From positions 21,028-85,027 of the forward strand of contig JBDTSL010000004.1 of the NCBI GenBank assembly GCA_039931165.1: DNA of 64,000 nt, read 5' to 3'. The DNA comes from Candidatus Doudnabacteria bacterium. GTDB taxonomy: Bacteria; Patescibacteriota; Doudnabacteria; UBA920; O2-02-FULL-48-8. Made by a program: the position numbers and the translations under genes. Shown here one piece after another: positions 58,888-64,000 of this stretch. Numbering within the stretch: the stretch's first letter is position 1; each line of letters starts with the position of its first letter. The notes below the pieces were generated by a model. It saw only the letters and a program-made list of their open reading frames with translations, was not told the origin of the DNA and made no database searches.

Positions 58888-59067
58888 TTATTTTTTTCTA
58901 TGTTTTGTTTTGGCGTCTCTTATGATCACAGCGCCGGAAATTTTTTTAATGATCAGTCTTTGCTTAGTGCGCCAGCCAAGCGCCTGGATGATTGCCGCGG
59001 GGATCACAACCGACCGGGACCTCGATGCGCCAACGCTGGTAAGCTTCCTGATTTTACTTTTAGGCAT
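58888..59067 (-). CDS. AbrB/MazE/SpoVT-family DNA-binding protein (59 aa, missing from ORF track)
   Basis: MPKSKIRKLTSVGASRSRSVVIPAAIIQALGWRTKQRLIIKKISGAVIIRDAKTKHRKK; GGAG SD. Confidence 0.75.
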   Translation of the reverse strand: MPKSKIRKLTSVGASRSRSVVIPAAIIQALGWRTKQRLIIKKISGAVIIRDAKTKHRKK

Positions 59068-59137
59068 ATAGGTTGCTCCATATTTTAGTCATGAGCAGAG
59101 TCATGAGCAATAAATTAATTTGGTAATTATTATGTCT

Positions 59138-60514
59138 TTATTCTACCAGTTTCCTGGCCAACAAATCAATATCTCCGGCGCCCATCATAAGTACAGCGTC
59201 GAAATCCTTTATTTTATCCCTGATCAGCGTTTCTGCTTCGTCTAAATTTTGCGCAAAAGTTGCTTTCACATTTCGCAGGACAAGCTCACGGGCCAGATCA
59301 TTGGAACTGATCTGCTCTCCGTGCTCGCGCCCGGCCACGTCAAATATCTCCGGTAATATAACTTCATCGGCTATGAGCAGCGATTCGATAAATTCCCCGA
59401 ATAAAGACTTGGTTCTGTTTCTGTGATGGGGTTGAAATACGACCAGGATTTTCTTATCGGGATAAAACTGCTTTGCGGCTTCGATCGTGGCAGTCACACC
59501 AGCGGGATGATGGGCATAATCGGAAATTACAACTTTTCCGTCCAGCCTGCCGACAATTTCAAACCTGCGCCAAATGCCGGCATAATTTTCCAAAGTTTGC
59601 GCGATTGAAGCGGGTTCAACAGAAAGCTTGAGTCCAGCTAAAATCGCTCCCAAAGCGTTTGAAACATTAAATAAGCCGGGTACTTGCAACTGAAAAGTTC
59701 CGATTTTTTCGTCATTTAGATGCAAATCAAAAGTTTGACTGCCCCCTGCGCCCTGCCCCCTGACCCCTAAATTTAAAGCCTGCAAATCCGCGTAATGGCG
59801 GATTCCAAATGTAAACTTGTGACAGGTCGCGTGCTTGCCTACATCAACGGCATTATGGTCATCGGCGTTATAAATCAGAATTCCGTCTGAGGGCAACGAT
59901 TTAATGTATTCGGAAAAAGCCCGTTTGATGTCTGACAAATCCTTATAGTAGTCCAGGTGATCTTCCGCGACGTTGGTCAAAACGATCATCTTCGGCTTGT
60001 TCTCCAGCATTTTTCGGGCGTATTCATCAGACTCGGCGACGAAAAACCGCCCCAAGCCCATGCGGGCATTGGCTTTAAATTTATCGCTTTCATTTTTGGG
60101 TGAAAGCAATGAGCCGATCAGCACCGTGGGGTCCAAGCCGGCATTTTCCAAGATCTTTCCCAAAATCGCGGAAGTTGTGGACTTGCCGTTGGTTCCGGTC
60201 ACTCCAATGCCGTATTTATCTTCCATGAGCCGACCCAAGGCCTGACCCTGGCTCAGTTTGGCAATGTTTATCTTATCAAGTTCTTCCGCCGGCACGGCGG
60301 GGGTATAAATCACCAGATCAGGACTGCCTTCCACAATGTTAGAACCGAAGGAAATTTTAATCCCAAGTTTAACCAGGTCCCGGGTAATTTCCGATTCTTT
60401 CAGATCCGATCCGGAAACATTTTTTCCCATTGCAAAAAGCAGACGCGCAAGTCCTGAAACACCAATCCCGCCTATTCCCAGACAGTAAATATTTTTTGCT
60501 TCTTTGATCGTCAT
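59138..60514 (-). CDS. murC: UDP-N-acetylmuramate--L-alanine ligase
   Basis: GIGGIGVSGLA, GTNGKSTT, ESDE, EDHLD, DYAHHP, FQPH, MGAGD. Confidence 0.95.
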   Translation of the reverse strand: MTIKEAKNIYCLGIGGIGVSGLARLLFAMGKNVSGSDLKESEITRDLVKLGIKISFGSNIVEGSPDLVIYTPAVPAEELDKINIAKLSQGQALGRLMEDKYGIGVTGTNGKSTTSAILGKILENAGLDPTVLIGSLLSPKNESDKFKANARMGLGRFFVAESDEYARKMLENKPKMIVLTNVAEDHLDYYKDLSDIKRAFSEYIKSLPSDGILIYNADDHNAVDVGKHATCHKFTFGIRHYADLQALNLGVRGQGAGGSQTFDLHLNDEKIGTFQLQVPGLFNVSNALGAILAGLKLSVEPASIAQTLENYAGIWRRFEIVGRLDGKVVISDYAHHPAGVTATIEAAKQFYPDKKILVVFQPHHRNRTKSLFGEFIESLLIADEVILPEIFDVAGREHGEQISSNDLARELVLRNVKATFAQNLDEAETLIRDKIKDFDAVLMMGAGDIDLLARKLVE

Positions 60515-60540
60515 ATTTTGATCTTAAACAAATAACGCAT

Positions 60541-60610
60541 TTGCGAGGAGGCCTTATTGAGGTTTAACTTTGCGGCCGACGAAGCAATCTTCTACGTTTA
60601 GACTGCCGCG
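60541..60610. repeat. Partial copy of the 5630-5745 palindromic element
   Basis: ttgcgag..ggcc..ggccgacgaagcaatct, 17 bp identical to 5670-5686. Confidence 0.65.
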
Positions 60611-60623
60611 CAACCGCCAATGC

Positions 60624-61628
60624 TTAAGCTTGAGAATAGCGGTCGCTCGCAGATTCGATTTTTTCTGATTTTTCAACTTTATAATTTTCGATTAGTTTTC
60701 TGATCTGCGGAACTGCTTCCTCTGCGGCTCTCCGGCCCTCCAAATAAATTTTTTCCAAACTGCTAAATTCGGTCTTGCCGAAATGTTTGACTTTCGGCTC
60801 GATCATCAGATCGCATGCTATATGAGACTCGTCCCATTGCTCCTCGATCTCGAACGAATGATCGATGGCCTTGGACAAAACTGACATAACTCCGGGAATT
60901 TTAATATCTTCTTCTTCCAAAATATCGGATTGGGAATCTATCCTAAACAGTAGTCTTGGCGATAATTTTGGGATGACCTTCTCCCGGATGAACTGCAAAC
61001 CCGTGAGCCGGGTCAGAAATCTGTACCCACGCCATATCGGCATCCTTTTTTCATAAATGAACTTAGTTGCCGCGAGATTGACCCCGATCACTATATCCGC
61101 TCCCATTTCTTTGGTCGGCAAGGTCGGCACAATATTGACCAAGCCACCATCCACCAGAACATGCTTGTCCCAAATCACAGGTTCGAATAAACCGGGAACC
61201 GCGACACTGGCCTTGAAAGCCTTGTTCAAACTGCCGGTGGTCAGGGTCACCAATTCCCCGGTATTGATATCGGTCGCGGAAAACCCCAATTTCGGATGCT
61301 GAATGTCTTCAAAGTTCAGATTTTTGGTAAAGCCATTCAACTCTTCGCTCATTTTGTCTCCATGCAGATGGAATAATGCCCCTTTAGCCTTGTGGGTGGA
61401 CCAGAGCCGCAGCATTTTCGGAAAGGTCAGCGTATACATAAATCTTTTCAGTTTGTCCATCGTGCCCAACGCGAAACTGGCACCGGTCAGCGCGCCGGAT
61501 GAGCATCCGACAATATAATCAATCGGAATATTTTGCTCACGCAGAACTTCCAGCACGCCTATGTGGGCAACAGCCCGGCCTGAAGCGCCAGATAAAGCGA
61601 TCCCGATTTTTGGTTTATAATTGTTCAT
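60624..61628 (-). CDS. Patatin-like phospholipase
   Basis: ALSGASGRAVAHIGV, GCSSG nucleophile elbow, DGG. Confidence 0.9.
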   Translation of the reverse strand: MNNYKPKIGIALSGASGRAVAHIGVLEVLREQNIPIDYIVGCSSGALTGASFALGTMDKLKRFMYTLTFPKMLRLWSTHKAKGALFHLHGDKMSEELNGFTKNLNFEDIQHPKLGFSATDINTGELVTLTTGSLNKAFKASVAVPGLFEPVIWDKHVLVDGGLVNIVPTLPTKEMGADIVIGVNLAATKFIYEKRMPIWRGYRFLTRLTGLQFIREKVIPKLSPRLLFRIDSQSDILEEEDIKIPGVMSVLSKAIDHSFEIEEQWDESHIACDLMIEPKVKHFGKTEFSSLEKIYLEGRRAAEEAVPQIRKLIENYKVEKSEKIESASDRYSQA

Positions 61629-61731
61629 TTACCCCACACCAAAAAAAATTATTTGAATAAATATTTTTCATCGTCAGTACTTTAATATACATAGGCAGCG
61701 GCGTCATTCTCCTTGATTGGTGTGGGGGTGA
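61629..61731. mobile_element. Putative non-autonomous relative of the GIY-YIG element
   Basis: ttaccccacaccaa ... ttggtgtgggggtga; termini resemble the TIRs at 21630 and 21915. Confidence 0.45.
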
Positions 61732-62816
61732 ACTTGCTTAATCACAACCTTGGCGAGAAGCATGGCGGCATCTTTGGGCATTAATTTTGAGATATTCCGG
61801 CTCAAAATGCCGGTTTGCGCTTGATTAAATTTCAAATTGTTGATAACTCGAGCCAAATTATCTGTCGTAGCCTCATCTCGTGATAATACGGCGGCTGAGT
61901 GCGCCTCCTGCAATATTCTAGCATTATCTTCCTGATGAGTATTGGGCATGGGAATAATGATCGCCGGCTTGCCCAGCGCTGAAAGCTCCGCGATGGTGGA
62001 CAAGCCCGCTCTGGCCACGACCAAATGCGCCAGCTTTAGAATTGCCGCGTATTCTGGAAAAGCAAGAAATTCAAAAGGAAGATAATTTCGGCTGGAAAAA
62101 GTCACACTATTTTTATTTTTGCCGGTTATATGCACGACCTGATGTGTTTTTACCAAAACAGGCAAAATTTCTCCTATCAGCTGATTGATCTGCTTAGCGC
62201 CGGTAGCACCCCCTAAAACCAATAGGATCGGCAGCTCTTCGTGCAGATTAAAAAACTTTTTGGCATCAACGGCGGAATTGAACAAATCCGGCCTGACCGG
62301 ATTGCCAACCCATTGGGCGGCGGGTTTTAATCTTTTTTCAAACAAACCCGAGCCCGAATAAAATTCCTTGCTGGTTTTTTCAAAAGCCGTGGTGATCTGG
62401 TCGGCAATCGGCGAAATTAGTTTATTCGCCAAACCGATCCGGGCGTCCTGCTGATGGATCACTATTTTGGCGCCATAAAGCCTGGCGGCCCAAGCCACAG
62501 GGACCGCGACAAACGAACCGGCCGAAAATACCACATCCGGCCGGAATTTTCGGACAATTCTTAATGATGACAAGAATCCTGTTATCAATACAATAGGAGC
62601 GAATAAATTTTGGATCGTAAAAAACCGGCGCCATCTCGCTGCGGGAATGGATACGAATCGGATATTGGCCGGTTCAACCATGGCTCTGTCCGGCCCGGTT
62701 CGAGTTCCCACGAACAAAAATTCCGTCTTCGGCCGGAGTTTTCTGATTTCCATAGCCACGGCAATAACCGGTGTTACCGGACCGCCCGTGCCGCCGCCTG
62801 CTAAAAGTATTTTCAT
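61704..62816 (-). CDS. murG: Lipid II GlcNAc transferase
   Basis: AGGGTGGPV, HQQD..GLANK, VGNPVR, RAGLSTIAEL, HQEDNA. Confidence 0.93.
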   Translation of the reverse strand: MKILLAGGGTGGPVTPVIAVAMEIRKLRPKTEFLFVGTRTGPDRAMVEPANIRFVSIPAARWRRFFTIQNLFAPIVLITGFLSSLRIVRKFRPDVVFSAGSFVAVPVAWAARLYGAKIVIHQQDARIGLANKLISPIADQITTAFEKTSKEFYSGSGLFEKRLKPAAQWVGNPVRPDLFNSAVDAKKFFNLHEELPILLVLGGATGAKQINQLIGEILPVLVKTHQVVHITGKNKNSVTFSSRNYLPFEFLAFPEYAAILKLAHLVVARAGLSTIAELSALGKPAIIIPMPNTHQEDNARILQEAHSAAVLSRDEATTDNLARVINNLKFNQAQTGILSRNISKLMPKDAAMLLAKVVIKQVHPHTNQGE

Positions 62817-62825
62817 AAGTATGAA

Positions 62826-63944
62826 CTATAACCTATCACCTATAACCTCATTATAAAGCTTAATAGTCTGCTCTGCAGCTTCTTTCCAGCTGAAATGCCT
62901 GGACCTGCTCAACGCCAAATTAGCCAGTTCTTCCAGCCGCTGCGGGTTTTGTAAAAGCCGGTAAAGCACATCCGCCATGTTTGATAAATTTTCAGGGTCA
63001 AAATATTCCGCGCCCTGGCCCATGATCTCGCGAAGAGTAGGGATATCGGAACAGGCAACAGGGATGCCGCAGGCAGCCGCTTCAAGCGCTATCAAGCCAA
63101 ATCCTTCAATTAAGGAAGGTAAAACAAACAAAGTCGCCCCGTTATAAAGTTGATTTAAATCGGCATCGCTGACTCTTCCCAAGACCTTTACTCGTGATTT
63201 GTTTTTGATGCCCAAGACCTTTTCGGCGATGTCCGGATATGACGGATCAGACGCCCCAACCAAGACCAGCTCCAGGTCCATGCCTTTGGTGATAAGTATA
63301 TCAAATGCAAGGGAGAGCTGAGGCAAATTTTTATACCGGCGCCAAACACCTACGTTTAGTATATATGGCTTGCTGAACCCAAATTTATTGGACATGGCCT
63401 TATAGGCCTCCTGCTTATCAAGCATATGGTATCCCTGGCTGATTCCTTCATAGACCACGTTAATTTTATCTGCAGGAATTGGAAAATGCTCAAGAATGGA
63501 TTTTTTAGTGGCGTTGGAGACAGCGATTATTTTTTTGGAACGCCGGATCGCATTCCGCAAAATTAAGTTGTAAGCGATCCTGTGAAAAAAATGGGACTTT
63601 TTCCTGCCCGGAAACAGAGTATGCGTTAAATCGTGAATAGTCACAACAAACGGCCGGCGATAAAACAACGGCACGTTGAAATGCGGAAAATGAACCAAAT
63701 CAAGTTTTTCTCTTTTTAAAATTCCTGGAAATTTTAATTGTTCGGCAAATGAATAGTGCGGTATATCGGCAATCACAATTTTTTGGTTGTATTGTTTATA
63801 ATTCGCGGATTTATCGATGTCACGAAAAAATAAAATATATTGATTGGTTTTATCTTGCTTCAAAATCTCATGACTAAGATCGGTAATATACCGGTCTATC
63901 CCCGACCCCCCGCCGATCATGCGCAAATCCACACCTATTTTCAT
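62826..63944 (-). CDS. GT4 family glycosyltransferase
   Basis: VVTIHDL, YKNL, PSLIEGFGLIALEAAACG, FSW. Confidence 0.92.
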   Translation of the reverse strand: MKIGVDLRMIGGGSGIDRYITDLSHEILKQDKTNQYILFFRDIDKSANYKQYNQKIVIADIPHYSFAEQLKFPGILKREKLDLVHFPHFNVPLFYRRPFVVTIHDLTHTLFPGRKKSHFFHRIAYNLILRNAIRRSKKIIAVSNATKKSILEHFPIPADKINVVYEGISQGYHMLDKQEAYKAMSNKFGFSKPYILNVGVWRRYKNLPQLSLAFDILITKGMDLELVLVGASDPSYPDIAEKVLGIKNKSRVKVLGRVSDADLNQLYNGATLFVLPSLIEGFGLIALEAAACGIPVACSDIPTLREIMGQGAEYFDPENLSNMADVLYRLLQNPQRLEELANLALSRSRHFSWKEAAEQTIKLYNEVIGDRL

Positions 63945-64000
63945 GCCTTTTCTAATGAATTAAAATATTCTTTAACTTTATCTTGATGCCTCTTTATTGC

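Noticed and set aside
58883-59088. Two 62-aa plus-strand ORFs
   Set aside because: They are shadows of the minus-strand AbrB-like gene, which has an SD and matches the local gene orientation.
63941-64000. 3' end of an upstream minus-strand ORF (..HQDKVKEYFNSLEKA*)
   Set aside because: Truncated by the window edge and too short to identify.

Overview
A 64-kb chromosomal segment from a small-genome bacterium. Gene content points to the Candidate Phyla Radiation/Patescibacteria, probably a Parcubacteria-like lineage; this is inferred from the FtsEX-L9-pilin order, the stand-alone VirD4-like ATPase, many type IV pilins and C39-like peptidases. Housekeeping genes: dcd-tmk-thyA-folA nucleotide operon, frameshifted prfB, ftsE/ftsX, rplI, pyrG, rpmA, gltX, def/fmt, murI/murC/murG, secA/secD/secF, mnmA, metK, hpf and tRNA-Gln(CTG). 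Accessory functions: four pilins, a three-gene flavinylation/electron-transfer unit, an H+-PPase and an ADC-DHS-like-agmatinase polyamine operon. No CRISPR array, rRNA, integrase or DDE transposase was seen. The most striking unannotated structure is a 286-bp element whose only cargo is a GIY-YIG nuclease gene. It has 17-bp terminal inverted repeats and an AT target-site duplication inside the start codon of thpR, and a related cargo-less copy lies at about 61.6 kb. The window also holds many palindromic and heptameric repeats, several inserted inside essential genes without breaking the frame, two candidate structured RNAs, widespread leaderless promoter architecture and two small genes missed by the ORF track.
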